64,000 bases of DNA, taken from positions 1 to 64,000 of the IMG/VR virus record IMGVR_UViG_3300017991_000064; one strand, given 5' to 3'. The stretch comes from a virus. The translations under genes were made by a program, and so were the position numbers. Of this stretch, positions 1 to 9,080 are shown in pieces. The first letter of the stretch is position 1, and each line of letters starts with the position of its first letter. The notes beneath the pieces were generated by a model. That model was not told the origin of the DNA, made no database searches, and saw only the letters and a list, made by a program, of their open reading frames with translations.

Positions 1-466
1 CATCCTCATCAGCATCGGGTTCGGGTTGTGGTTCCTTGTCTACCTTTTCCTTCTCTTTCTTCTTTTCAGGTTCCTTCTCTTTCTTCTTTTCAGGTTCCTT
101 CTCTTTCTTCTTTTCAGGTTCCTTCTCCTGTGACTTCGTGGCCTTCTCAGATTCTGCCTTCTCGGCCTCAAGTTGATCCACCTTCTGAACCATTGTGGAT
201 GCTATGGAGTAGATAATTTCTTCAACCTCTTCGTACTCATACCCTTGACTCGTAGCCCAGGTATGAACAGTTTCATCAGAAGGTTTGGGATTCTTCCGTA
301 GAAAGGATAGAACCTTTTGTTTCATGATCCCACCGAGATCCTCCTCGGATTGTTCCTTCAATGAACGTTTTTTCCTACGTTCCTGCTTCTGTTCCAGCAC
401 CCTCGTCTTCCTTTCGGCCTGACGGTTCTTTCTTCTGGTGTTGGATTTCTTCTTTGTTTTCGACAT
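1..466 (-). CDS. Charged hypothetical protein, 3' end outside window (possible prohead core/scaffold protein)
   Basis: ATG at 466 with AGGAGG RBS; frame open to the window edge (MSKTKKKSNTRRKNRQAERK...EKEPEKKK repeats); absent from the ORF track because it has no stop. Confidence 0.8.
   Translation of the reverse strand, partial: MSKTKKKSNTRRKNRQAERKTRVLEQKQERRKKRSLKEQSEEDLGGIMKQKVLSFLRKNPKPSDETVHTWATSQGYEYEEVEEIIYSIASTMVQKVDQLEAEKAESEKATKSQEKEPEKKKEKEPEKKKEKEPEKKKEKEKVDKEPQPEPDADED
47..127. repeat. 24-bp tandem repeat, about 3.4 copies
   Basis: Unit TTCCTTCTCTTTCTTCTTTTCAGG at 47, 71, 95 and partial at 119; encodes (EKEPEKKK)n on the minus strand. Confidence 0.95.
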
Positions 467-530
467 CTTTTCCTCCTGATGAAGTTGTGGGAACAAAATA
501 TTTAATATAATCGAAAATCATTCTTTGGAA

Positions 531-1661
531 TTAGGTATCAAAATCAGCAAATGCATCAGGACTCTTTACAAAACCGTCCTTCAGCATAAGCCAGCAAAAG
601 TAACCTGCCTCTGAACCACCTTCTGGCGGATCAGTAACACTCGGGTAACAGGCTTCGATTGCATCTGGTAACGCTGACCAAAGATCCCAGGCGTCATTTC
701 TACAGAATTCGAAGTAGTCATCCAGGATCTTCATCTTAGGCACAAATTCACGGGCAGCCTCAACGTCCTCTTCATCGTAGTCTTCCTCATTGTATTGTTC
801 CAACAAGATCTCACCGATGGTCTTCAAAGCATCCTGCAGAGAAGCTTTTTGTTTAGGGGGTTTGAAGGCTCCTGCCTCATCATACTCAACATCTGTGACC
901 GGTTTCTTAGGATCAGGATCAGTTTGGAGCAAGAAAGTTAGTTCATCAGCGATATCATTATACTGACATGAGCCCAGTGCACCTATCTCATCATCGGGAT
1001 CATACTTCTCTCTCACTGGTCTTCGTTTCCTTTCCTTCATGAGGCCCATATTCTCTACTGATACTGGAAACCCGGCCTTTGATGCTGCCTCAATAGCGTC
1101 TATAATCTGTGCTCTCTGCTCATCACCCTTCACCGATACATCCATCACGAATGGATCATCATATCCACCGTAGCTTGATACAGTAAAGAGACTTGGAGAA
1201 TCTGATAGGTTCATTCCTCCGAACTGTTTCGCTAACCATACCATAAAACCCTTCATGAATGGAGCATCAAAGGCTACATAGAACTGAATATCCGTTAGAT
1301 CCAGATCCTCTACGGGTGTTTCAGCGATATCAGCATGATTTCCGTCAAGGAATGAAAAACTCCTTGCTACGTCCAACTTTTTGGCTGCTTCAATGACATC
1401 GTCAGCAGATCCCCATGGATCCATTTCCAACCAGGTATCTATATCATCAGCGGATGCAACACTTGAACTTATGTTCTCAGGCGGAACACCTAAATTTAAT
1501 ACTTTGTTCAGCGTGGTTAGATAAGCTTTCATAGCTTTCTCATCTGTACCAAATGATACGCCGATAGTATTGGGATCATCCATAGCCTCATTAACCTGAC
1601 TCTGTTTCCTTTTCTTCATGAACCCCGTGTTCTCTACAGATTCTCTTAAAAGATCAGACAT
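531..1661 (-). CDS. Acidic protein, putative internal head protein with N-terminal and internal leader motif
   Basis: 376 aa; leader MSDLLRESVENTGFMKKRKQSQVNE shared with the next gene; downstream of portal. Confidence 0.55.
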   Translation of the reverse strand: MSDLLRESVENTGFMKKRKQSQVNEAMDDPNTIGVSFGTDEKAMKAYLTTLNKVLNLGVPPENISSSVASADDIDTWLEMDPWGSADDVIEAAKKLDVARSFSFLDGNHADIAETPVEDLDLTDIQFYVAFDAPFMKGFMVWLAKQFGGMNLSDSPSLFTVSSYGGYDDPFVMDVSVKGDEQRAQIIDAIEAASKAGFPVSVENMGLMKERKRRPVREKYDPDDEIGALGSCQYNDIADELTFLLQTDPDPKKPVTDVEYDEAGAFKPPKQKASLQDALKTIGEILLEQYNEEDYDEEDVEAAREFVPKMKILDDYFEFCRNDAWDLWSALPDAIEACYPSVTDPPEGGSEAGYFCWLMLKDGFVKSPDAFADFDT

Positions 1662-2232
1662 TGTTATACTCTTAGATTCCCAGCGTTTTGCTATTTGTAT
1701 TCTTATCTACGAACTTACTCCAAGCATCCCAGTAGGCCTCTTCGGTCTTAGCATTTCCCATTTTCTGTAGGTCGGCCTTAGCTGATTGTACTGATGATGT
1801 CACTTCATATGGTAACCATTCTCCATCAATTCTTTCATCACCCTCTTGCATTACGTACACTATAGCTATTGAAAAAGTCTTTCCATCTCCCTCAACCTCT
1901 AAAAGAACCCCACTGGTAGAAAGCTCGTCATCATATTCATCAGATACACTGAAACGCTTAGAAAAAATCTTCTCCCAGCTCTTAATCTCTAGGCCAGCTT
2001 CAGCAAAAGGAGATTCCTCACCATTTATGAATTTCAGATCTTCTTCTTCTCCCCAATCATTATCAGACCCCCATGAGCTGTCAGAATAGAAAGCATCCAT
2101 GAAAGTTTCCACTTCAGGGGGGAAGGGTCGTTTTAGATTCTTGTACTCACCCTCGTTAACCTGACTCTGTTTCCGTTCCCTCATAAATCTTGTGTTCTCT
2201 ACAGATTCCCTTAAAAGATCAGACATTGTTAT
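1591..2232. repeat. 77-bp direct repeat (1591-1667 and 2156-2232) covering the 5' ends of two genes
   Basis: 69/77 identical by manual alignment. Confidence 0.9.
1672..2226 (-). CDS. Acidic protein, putative internal head protein
   Basis: 184 aa; leader MSDLLRESVENTRFMRERKQSQVNE; AGGAGG RBS. Confidence 0.55.
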   Translation of the reverse strand: MSDLLRESVENTRFMRERKQSQVNEGEYKNLKRPFPPEVETFMDAFYSDSSWGSDNDWGEEEDLKFINGEESPFAEAGLEIKSWEKIFSKRFSVSDEYDDELSTSGVLLEVEGDGKTFSIAIVYVMQEGDERIDGEWLPYEVTSSVQSAKADLQKMGNAKTEEAYWDAWSKFVDKNTNSKTLGI

Positions 2233-2244
2233 CCTCCTTATTGT

Positions 2245-2451
2245 TTATAAGATCCCATCCAGTATAGCTGGACGAATCTTTTCCTTGTTCTCAATCTGTT
2301 CATCTGTTAGCGATTCCTGATCATCCTCCATTTCAGTGGATTCAAATTCACCTTGGACCTCATATGAGCAACCTATTCTCTTCAATGCATTATCAACCAC
2401 TTCAACGAAGTTCTTTTCTTCACCATCTATTAAAATAGTGGGATCAGGCAT
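2245..2451 (-). CDS. Hypothetical acidic protein
   Basis: 68 aa, overlaps the upstream stop, RBS present. Confidence 0.7.
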   Translation of the reverse strand: MPDPTILIDGEEKNFVEVVDNALKRIGCSYEVQGEFESTEMEDDQESLTDEQIENKEKIRPAILDGIL

Positions 2452-2941
2452 TAAAATCCTCTGGGGACAACGATACTAGTATACGTACAAAGTAGTATCC
2501 CTTCCTACCCCTCCTAACGGGTTTCATACTTTTGGAATAGCTAGGTCTAGTCATACTCCCAGCTTGCACTTTAATTTGTTTGCCTTTAGATCCAGATCTG
2601 TGTTGCTCAGCCTCCCCAAAATCTAAGATAATGGTATAATATCCATCCTCTTCCTCAACCCGGGTATCAACTATTTCAGAACCAAACTCATCAGTAAGAT
2701 CAGCAACTATCTCATCTACCACGTATTGAGCATCTTTAATACTCCTATACTTTTGATTAGCAAATGAAGGACCACCGGCAAAGAGATTCTCACCCTCACT
2801 CCGAAGCTTATACTTAGGTGCAATCTCGGTCTCAATGAAATCCTTAACATCCAACATTAAAACTGACCCGCCACGGATATTATCTTCTGCTTCATTGATT
2901 GCTCCAGTGTTGCTCAGACATTCTTTCAGTAGATTACTCAT
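2444..2941 (-). CDS. Hypothetical protein with related leader (putative internal head protein)
   Basis: Starts MSNLLKECLSNTGAINE. Confidence 0.5.
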   Translation of the reverse strand: MSNLLKECLSNTGAINEAEDNIRGGSVLMLDVKDFIETEIAPKYKLRSEGENLFAGGPSFANQKYRSIKDAQYVVDEIVADLTDEFGSEIVDTRVEEEDGYYTIILDFGEAEQHRSGSKGKQIKVQAGSMTRPSYSKSMKPVRRGRKGYYFVRILVSLSPEDFNA

Positions 2942-3369
2942 CTCACCAACCTCTTCAAGTTATTTATATATGCCTTCAATGCATCACAGGCTTTAATTGC
3001 TTGGTTTAGATGGGACTCAGCATCCTGGTTCTTATCGAAGCTGATATCACCATATGCATTCTGGAGTTCATTGGTCATCTTCGTTACAGTTAGTTCAATG
3101 GCATCCTGGGTCTTCTTCACATTAGATCGTGATTCACCGAGATTCTTCTTTCTGGCTGTTCTCTCTATCATCTTCAGTTTCTGGAGGTTCATTTCCATCT
3201 CAGAGATAGATCTAGCAAGCTTATGAATATTGAGACCCCGTAGATTCCTACTGACTCTTTCTATTTTAATCAGCTCCTCTTTAATGGAGTTCCTTGCCTC
3301 CCTCACCTTCTGGTTCATAGTAAAGGAATCAGTATACTTCATTGTTCGAACTGCGTTGAGACCTGACAT
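2938..3369 (-). CDS. Coiled-coil hypothetical protein (head-assembly operon)
   Basis: 143 aa, GAGGAG RBS, directly downstream of portal. Confidence 0.65.
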   Translation of the reverse strand: MSGLNAVRTMKYTDSFTMNQKVREARNSIKEELIKIERVSRNLRGLNIHKLARSISEMEMNLQKLKMIERTARKKNLGESRSNVKKTQDAIELTVTKMTNELQNAYGDISFDKNQDAESHLNQAIKACDALKAYINNLKRLVR

Positions 3370-3388
3370 TGTTTTACTCCTCTCCTTA

Positions 3389-5185
3389 TTATATTATTTG
3401 AGATTTCTTTGCATCGCGTTGTTCACGAAGTTGGCGTAATCTACCACCGTGAGAGGCAGCCTTTGCTTTCTGGTGATCATCTGCAGTTACTTCAGTAACA
3501 ACCCCCATCGCTATATATTTATCAATGAGACCCAGCTCACTCTTCTTCAAAACAAATTTCGTCTCACCTATGTATTGATCCCTACGATTCCAATGAAAGA
3601 TAACTTCCTCGATGGCAGTATCAATCTGCTTCTCCCTTTCCCTACGTTCATGTAGTTTAGATTTAGGTTTCCTAGATTCAACAGGTTCACTTCCACCCTC
3701 AGCTTCTGCCTCAGCCTTCTCCTGTTCCAATTCAGTCCTCGTCTTCTCTATGGATTTCAACAGTTCATCAAAACCTGGAATCTTAAGGAACATAGCATTG
3801 ATGACCTTAATGAGATCAACCTTCTTTACCTCAGCAGTTTCTTCATCTACCAATCCCAACTCTGTAAGGAGTCCTAATGTTGATGATGCTGCTTCTAGAG
3901 AACTAATAAGTGCAGACTTCCTTTCCTCATCCTCAGCGGTAGATATGGTAGCCATCTGGATATCAAAATCATTTCTGAGATGACCTTTACCAATAGCATA
4001 AAGATGGAGAACAAATAGATCACGTAGGAATTTGCGATTGCAGGATTGAACTCTTTTGACAGCCTTAGCAAATCTGATCTCTAACCTAGTAAGTGATGAT
4101 TCTCCAATACCACCAGGTAGAGTTTCTTCAAGACCTAGGAAAGCCTTCGGTGTACGAAGTGCTCCGTATAGTTTACTTCTGAAGTATTCAATGTCAACGA
4201 TTTCACGAACATCTGCTTCACCACCAAGGGTGGTTACATTGAGGTTTCCCTTCTCTTCAAAGATGGGAACAAATACCCTTCTGATCATATCGAATTGTTT
4301 CGACTGCTGATCAAAGGTTTTAGGATCATTAAGATTTATGAAGTCATCTGTAGCAAAAGCTTCTTTCATCTCTGCTACTAAATCTTTAGCGTCCGTAGGA
4401 GTTAAACCTGTACAGTTAACACCGATGACCTCTTTCATTGGTGATCGTGTAATACGTGCAATCACCATTATGATCTCGAGGAGATTCAATACTTTGTATA
4501 TCTTCCTAGCATTATCAAGAACAGATACACCATAGTCAGCCTTTACCTTGTACTTCTTTCCCCTCCAATCAAACTGCACAAAGTTCCAGTAATCTTTCTT
4601 CTTAGGTTTTGAGAATGGAAGTTTGTAGTGATAGAAGTCTCTGGCAGCATAGAACTGACCATCGTAGTGATAACCCAGAACATAGTTACCTATGGATGCT
4701 TTCGAAACATCGCCTGGATGAATTTGAGTATCGATGAATTCGATTCCTCTATTGTCATCTCCGTAAAAGATCTCAACGAACATATCCCCGTAGAGACAAC
4801 CATTATAACAAACATCTGGGAGAACTTCATATAAATTGAGGCGTCTACAGAATTGTTCAAACTCTCCACAGAGAAATTCGTTATCTGACACGATCCAAAA
4901 GGATTTGCCAGTTTCATAACTAATCTGTGTTGCTTCCTCTGCATATAACTCTAACGCTGAGGAGATAATAGAATCTTCCAACATCCTATCATACTCTTTG
5001 TAGAGGTGTTCACGTCCATACTCAATTCCAAGGTAGGACTGAACCTGTTGCATGATATTGTCAAATTTTGGAATGGACGGTGGTGGACCCTGTGGATGTT
5101 GATCCTCTTTCTTAGGAGCTCTATCCACGAACAACTTCTCTTTTAGGCCTCGGAAGAAGCCTGAAAAACCTCTACCTCTACTCAT
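3389..5185 (-). CDS. Portal protein, T4 gp20-like
   Basis: DIEYFRSKLYGALRTPKAFL and LTRLEIRFAKAVKRVQ match the gp20-family conserved region; start moved to ATG 5185 behind GAGGTG. Confidence 0.9.
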   Translation of the reverse strand: MSRGRGFSGFFRGLKEKLFVDRAPKKEDQHPQGPPPSIPKFDNIMQQVQSYLGIEYGREHLYKEYDRMLEDSIISSALELYAEEATQISYETGKSFWIVSDNEFLCGEFEQFCRRLNLYEVLPDVCYNGCLYGDMFVEIFYGDDNRGIEFIDTQIHPGDVSKASIGNYVLGYHYDGQFYAARDFYHYKLPFSKPKKKDYWNFVQFDWRGKKYKVKADYGVSVLDNARKIYKVLNLLEIIMVIARITRSPMKEVIGVNCTGLTPTDAKDLVAEMKEAFATDDFINLNDPKTFDQQSKQFDMIRRVFVPIFEEKGNLNVTTLGGEADVREIVDIEYFRSKLYGALRTPKAFLGLEETLPGGIGESSLTRLEIRFAKAVKRVQSCNRKFLRDLFVLHLYAIGKGHLRNDFDIQMATISTAEDEERKSALISSLEAASSTLGLLTELGLVDEETAEVKKVDLIKVINAMFLKIPGFDELLKSIEKTRTELEQEKAEAEAEGGSEPVESRKPKSKLHERREREKQIDTAIEEVIFHWNRRDQYIGETKFVLKKSELGLIDKYIAMGVVTEVTADDHQKAKAASHGGRLRQLREQRDAKKSQII

Positions 5186-5266
5186 TATTTTACACCTCAA
5201 TTAATGTTCGGAAAATGTTTAATGGGGATTTAATGTGGGCGAATGCCCAATGAATGTAATGAAAGG

Positions 5267-5565
5267 ACCTTGTTAGTATGGAGATGTGCATAGATTTGAC
5301 CGGGGAGGTCGTCATAATTAAGGAGGTTTATGACTTATCCGGGTACTCTGGGGAATACCAGCGGGTTGGCTATTGAAGCTAAAACCTGAGGGTTAATAGC
5401 GAATGGTTGACAATGCCATGCTCAGGAGCCACCTTGAGGAATCAACCTTCAGGGAAACCGTAGCTACAACAACAGCTTATGATCTTATGCACACCTCAAT
5501 ACTAACAAGGTGATAGACACAGGTATAACAGAACTTCGAATGAAGAATCTGCTTATTCTGTGTTT
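5267..5565. ncRNA. Candidate structured non-coding RNA
   Basis: 26-bp closing stem 5267-5292/5486-5511 (24/26 Watson-Crick) enclosing at least 6 hairpins; further hairpin 5516-5565. Confidence 0.55.
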
Positions 5566-5602
5566 TACTGAAATCCAATGAATCTATGGTATTATCATAT
5601 AT

Positions 5603-5631
5603 ATTATACCATATATAAAGAATGACTTAAA
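5603..5631 (-). promoter_or_regulatory. Sigma70-type promoter
   Basis: TTTAAG-N17-TATAAT with extended TG. Confidence 0.6.
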
Positions 5632-5720
5632 CAGTTTGAAAATTACCAGGGACCGAATGGAACTATCCTATGAACACCTCCATATAAGAAATTTTTCACC
5701 AGGTACCAACTGAATTAAAA

Positions 5721-6110
5721 CTAGGTAGCTTCCGTATCATCATCAGAATGAAATTGTATCAATGAACCAAACGTATTGATAGCCTGGTCTGGTGACATCG
5801 CTCTATCATCAATGTAGATATCAGCGTATGGTTTTCTACCTTCATCTCCAGCAAACAGATCCTTGATATGTTGTGTGTTCTCATTCACTGCATCAAAAGT
5901 GAGACCCTGATTCTTACACCACATTACTGCATCAACAAGAGACTGCCCTTCTCTACATGTAAATAGAATGAGTTGGGTTCCTCTCCGCTTCAACACCTTC
6001 AGTTGACTGATTAACGGTCTATTCGGTTCTCCAATGTTTGGCCATTCATTACTACATAGTGTTCCGTCGAAATCCACTCCCAGAATAAGTGCTCTCTCTT
6101 TAATATCCAT
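5721..6110 (-). CDS. HAD-superfamily phosphatase
   Basis: DFDGT motif I, FTCR motif II, KPYADIYIDDR motifs III/IV. Confidence 0.85.
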   Translation of the reverse strand: MDIKERALILGVDFDGTLCSNEWPNIGEPNRPLISQLKVLKRRGTQLILFTCREGQSLVDAVMWCKNQGLTFDAVNENTQHIKDLFAGDEGRKPYADIYIDDRAMSPDQAINTFGSLIQFHSDDDTEAT

Positions 6111-6115
6111 TCTTC

Positions 6116-6529
6116 CTATGACTCCTCTCTTTCCTTCTTTCTTTTCTTATAGATTCTCATCATTGTTGTTCCAGCTTTGTCCAGGGCCTTCTGCAATGTC
6201 TTTTCAAAACCGGGTTGATCATCATACTTGAAATCCTTATCATGATGCAATTCTATTGAGAAGGTTATAGTTTCTATCGTTCGATCAGGACCTGTTGCGG
6301 TCTCTACTGAGAACTCCGGATTACCAAATGATTCACCAGAGTATTTATACATTGCCTGCGTATACCAACCAGAACCAGAAAGAGATACACCACCCTGGGG
6401 TACATATCCTTTTTCGATACCAAAGTTCACAACCTTCTCAACATCTGTAAACTTTCTAGCTGAAATGATCACGTATGGTTTAATGAAGATACCACCCAAT
6501 TCTTTACAGTAATTCGTATCACCCACCAT
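6116..6529 (-). CDS. DUF1737-like protein
   Basis: VNFGIEKGYVPQGGVS...YTQAM signature. Confidence 0.6.
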   Translation of the reverse strand: MVGDTNYCKELGGIFIKPYVIISARKFTDVEKVVNFGIEKGYVPQGGVSLSGSGWYTQAMYKYSGESFGNPEFSVETATGPDRTIETITFSIELHHDKDFKYDDQPGFEKTLQKALDKAGTTMMRIYKKRKKEREES

Positions 6530-6535
6530 TTCCTC

Positions 6536-6784
6536 CTATGCTATTAGGTCATCTGCTGATTCATATTCGATTATATTTGAAAAGACAAATTTGTACCCAG
6601 TTCTGAAGCCCGACCTAAACAAGTGTTTTCCTTTGATCACATAATCAAAATGTTTACACGGAGGGCCATAACGACCCACTAGTTTATCAAACTTACCAAA
6701 GACGGCCACCATCTTCAGATGGCAGAATGGACAGGTACATTTATTATGAACTCTGTACAGATTTATTCTTCTGCTCATTTGCAT
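6536..6784 (-). CDS. Small Zn-binding protein (paralogue of 14310-14516)
   Basis: CTCPFC...CKH. Confidence 0.65.
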   Translation of the reverse strand: MQMSRRINLYRVHNKCTCPFCHLKMVAVFGKFDKLVGRYGPPCKHFDYVIKGKHLFRSGFRTGYKFVFSNIIEYESADDLIA

Positions 6785-7019
6785 AATCCTTAACAGCTTT
6801 CAGTGACTCCTTCCAGTCTTTCACCGTTCTCGACCAACCAGGACAACCGATCTTTTCCTGGGCTATCATTGATCTTACATTATTAGATGATTTATACAGA
6901 TTCTGGAGTAGGAGTCGTTGTTGTGTGTAAGCCTCTTGTAATTGTTTCACGGAATCGAAGTATTCACCAATATCAATAAATCCCTTGTTCATACTACTAA
7001 TCATCTCCTCTCTGATCAC
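6744..7019 (-). CDS. Hypothetical protein
   Basis: 91 aa, fits operon tiling. Confidence 0.6.
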   Translation of the reverse strand: MIREEMISSMNKGFIDIGEYFDSVKQLQEAYTQQRLLLQNLYKSSNNVRSMIAQEKIGCPGWSRTVKDWKESLKAVKDYANEQKNKSVQSS

Positions 7020-7962
7020 CGTGTAGTGTACCCTTCTTCCTTCTGGATATTAGTTGGTCATAATTCGCTCTTGCTACCTCTGCTATCGAGAAATCAAAGT
7101 GATCACAGAATACAGCCATCTTATGTAGAAGACCAAGACATGCCCACCCTGTAAACTCCCTATCATCATATTCCTCCCAGAGCCTATGAAGCAATGTATG
7201 TATTTCTTTCAATAGCCCAGTAAAATCTAGGTTACTTGATATCTTCCAGGTTCTGGTAAGCTTCAGTTGTTCTTCATATCTCTCAAAGGTAGTACTGAGG
7301 TATACTGTATTTTCCTCACCATCAGGAGTAGAGTGATACTGGGAGAATTGCCATAATTTTAATCCTTGATTCCAGAGGATTTCATTTATGTACCATAGCA
7401 TACCACCCATCTCTGTGATCATCTTATTCTTTCGTTCTTCTGTTAGAGTATTGTTGTCGTCCCTGTATATCTTCTTATACTGATTGAGTAACTCACCGAA
7501 CTCACCAACCAACCCAATCATCGGGTATTCTCTGAAAACTATTGGGTAGTCAGCGAGGTCTCTCATTGTGTTACTGTACTCTTCAATCGTTAATGGTTCT
7601 CTTGTTTTCTCCTCAGGTGGTAGGAATAAACCCATACATGGATCAAATCCGCTTTCGGCCGTTGTTGATTCCTTACCAAACTGTGCTACTCCGAAGCAAC
7701 ATTGTGATTTGTCCAGTTTCTTGTAATAGTTATTATGTGCTTCCTGCCACAGCATTGCCTTCTTACAATCTGTCATGATCTTATCACGACAATGGTCACA
7801 GATATCATCATGCAAACATTTGGATCCCTTGATGAGATCACCAGTTTTAGCATCCCTGAGTTCCACAAGTACCATCACCCCGTTGTTATCAGAACCTACA
7901 GATTTCGCGATCTCATCCCCACATAGATCACAGATTCTATCACCCTTCTTATCAATGCTCAT
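6997..7962 (-). CDS. MazG-like nucleotide pyrophosphohydrolase with N-terminal Zn finger
   Basis: GLVGEFGELLNQYKK...EMGGMLWY...ANYDQLISRRKKGTLHG; N-terminal CDLC...CDHC. Confidence 0.75.
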   Translation of the reverse strand: MSIDKKGDRICDLCGDEIAKSVGSDNNGVMVLVELRDAKTGDLIKGSKCLHDDICDHCRDKIMTDCKKAMLWQEAHNNYYKKLDKSQCCFGVAQFGKESTTAESGFDPCMGLFLPPEEKTREPLTIEEYSNTMRDLADYPIVFREYPMIGLVGEFGELLNQYKKIYRDDNNTLTEERKNKMITEMGGMLWYINEILWNQGLKLWQFSQYHSTPDGEENTVYLSTTFERYEEQLKLTRTWKISSNLDFTGLLKEIHTLLHRLWEEYDDREFTGWACLGLLHKMAVFCDHFDFSIAEVARANYDQLISRRKKGTLHGDQRGDD

Positions 7963-7982
7963 TGTGTCCTCCTAGTATAATA

Positions 7983-8057
7983 TGGCAGGGGTGGCAGGAG
8001 TCGAACCTACGATGCAGGAGTCAAAGTCCTGTGCCTTAACCACTTGGCGACACCCCC
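7983..8057 (-). tRNA. tRNA-Gln (UUG)
   Basis: Full cloverleaf: anticodon arm CAGGA-CTTTGAC-TCCTG, T-loop TTCGACT, encoded CCA. Confidence 0.95.
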
Positions 8058-8062
8058 ATGTG

Positions 8063-8155
8063 TCAGTGTTGTATTAGTAAAAAGAGAATTAGAATCACCA
8101 CTCCTAATGGAATGAACCCTATCTCCATATACAACCAGACCTTATTCCGTTTCAT
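8063..8155 (-). CDS. Small membrane peptide (30 aa)
   Basis: AGGAGG RBS before MKRNKVWLY...; hydrophobic C-terminal half. Confidence 0.55.
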   Translation of the reverse strand: MKRNKVWLYMEIGFIPLGVVILILFLLIQH

Positions 8156-8286
8156 TGTTTCCTCCTGAAGAACCAGTATGATACCAAAATTATACATGTA
8201 GCTATGATTCCACTTAGGAATCCTTGTACGAATACTTGTCCTACCGCCTTCAAATGATTCTCCCAGGTTACGTATGCTACTCCCAT
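8152..8286 (-). CDS. Small membrane protein (44 aa), not in ORF track
   Basis: MGVAYVTWENHLKAVGQVFVQGFLSGIIATCIILVSYWFFRRKQ; TAATG and ATGA coupling to neighbours. Confidence 0.6.
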   Translation of the reverse strand: MGVAYVTWENHLKAVGQVFVQGFLSGIIATCIILVSYWFFRRKQ

Positions 8287-8477
8287 TAGTCACCATCCTT
8301 TATTCTTTCATAGTACCTAGTCCAGTCACAAAATTTACCATAGGCAGTTTTAGCTAACGAACCATAGGACACTAGGTCGGGTCTTTCAATGGCATACCGG
8401 GAAACTGAAGCTTTTCTAATCTCAACCATAGCATCCAGTATGGTCTTATAAACTTCTAGTCTTTCACCGTCAGTCAT
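8286..8477 (-). CDS. Hypothetical protein
   Basis: GGGGAG RBS before MTDGER. Confidence 0.65.
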   Translation of the reverse strand: MTDGERLEVYKTILDAMVEIRKASVSRYAIERPDLVSYGSLAKTAYGKFCDWTRYYERIKDGD

Positions 8478-8700
8478 TAACTCCCCCATCCTTCATCGCT
8501 CTTGCCTTTGTAACCTTTTCCAGGAATCTCTTTCTTGCCCAGATAACAGGATCAGATCCTATTGGAAGAATTCCAAACTCTGTTTTTCTATCTGGAAAGA
8601 TAGGACAGTTGACCGGTAGTAGATCCTTATGCTTTGCACACATCCCACAGAACCATTCGCAAGTTGTACAGATGTAGTAATGTTCCAGTTCCATCATCAC
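8470..8700 (-). CDS. Cys-rich hypothetical protein
   Basis: 76 aa, GGAGG RBS. Confidence 0.65.
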   Translation of the reverse strand: MMMELEHYYICTTCEWFCGMCAKHKDLLPVNCPIFPDRKTEFGILPIGSDPVIWARKRFLEKVTKARAMKDGGVND

Positions 8701-9080
8701 CTCCTATTTCTTTTTCGTGCTTTCTTTGCTGCCTTCCTCTTTGCTTTCTTCTTCTTATCCCCACACCTACCCTTTCCAACTATACCCCTTTCGTTAGGCT
8801 GGTCGTTCATGCTATATCCCAATCCACCCATGAACTCTGACATCTTCCCTAGTGCCTGTTCCTCTCTCAGGTTCCTATGTTGACCCATACCTGCCAATGC
8901 AGACATTAGAGCCAGTGCCTGTTTCCTATTTGTTTTTGATGCTGGATCCCCCTTAGGTGGTGGTTCTGGAACCTGATCTGAATCCTTAGAAATGTAATGT
9001 GGACAATGTACATTACATGTATGCATCTCTGGATTACACCACTCGAATGGGCCTTTACATGTTCTTTCTCCCCAGCTCAT
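8697..9080 (-). CDS. Hypothetical protein, Cys-rich N-terminus and basic tail
   Basis: GGAGGAGG RBS; ends KKKKAKRKAAKKARKRNRR. Confidence 0.7.
   Translation of the reverse strand: MSWGERTCKGPFEWCNPEMHTCNVHCPHYISKDSDQVPEPPPKGDPASKTNRKQALALMSALAGMGQHRNLREEQALGKMSEFMGGLGYSMNDQPNERGIVGKGRCGDKKKKAKRKAAKKARKRNRR

Noticed and set aside
28-216. 62-aa plus-strand ORF with PSLSSFQV repeats; the repeat as a CRISPR array
   Set aside because: It is the antisense shadow of the minus-strand gene 1-466, and the 24-bp units have no spacers
5267-5511. Retron msr-msd or MITE
   Set aside because: No reverse transcriptase or transposase in the window, no target-site duplication and no second copy
8063-8296. 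77-aa ORF as given in the track
   Set aside because: Better explained by two coupled small membrane genes (8152-8286 and 8063-8155)
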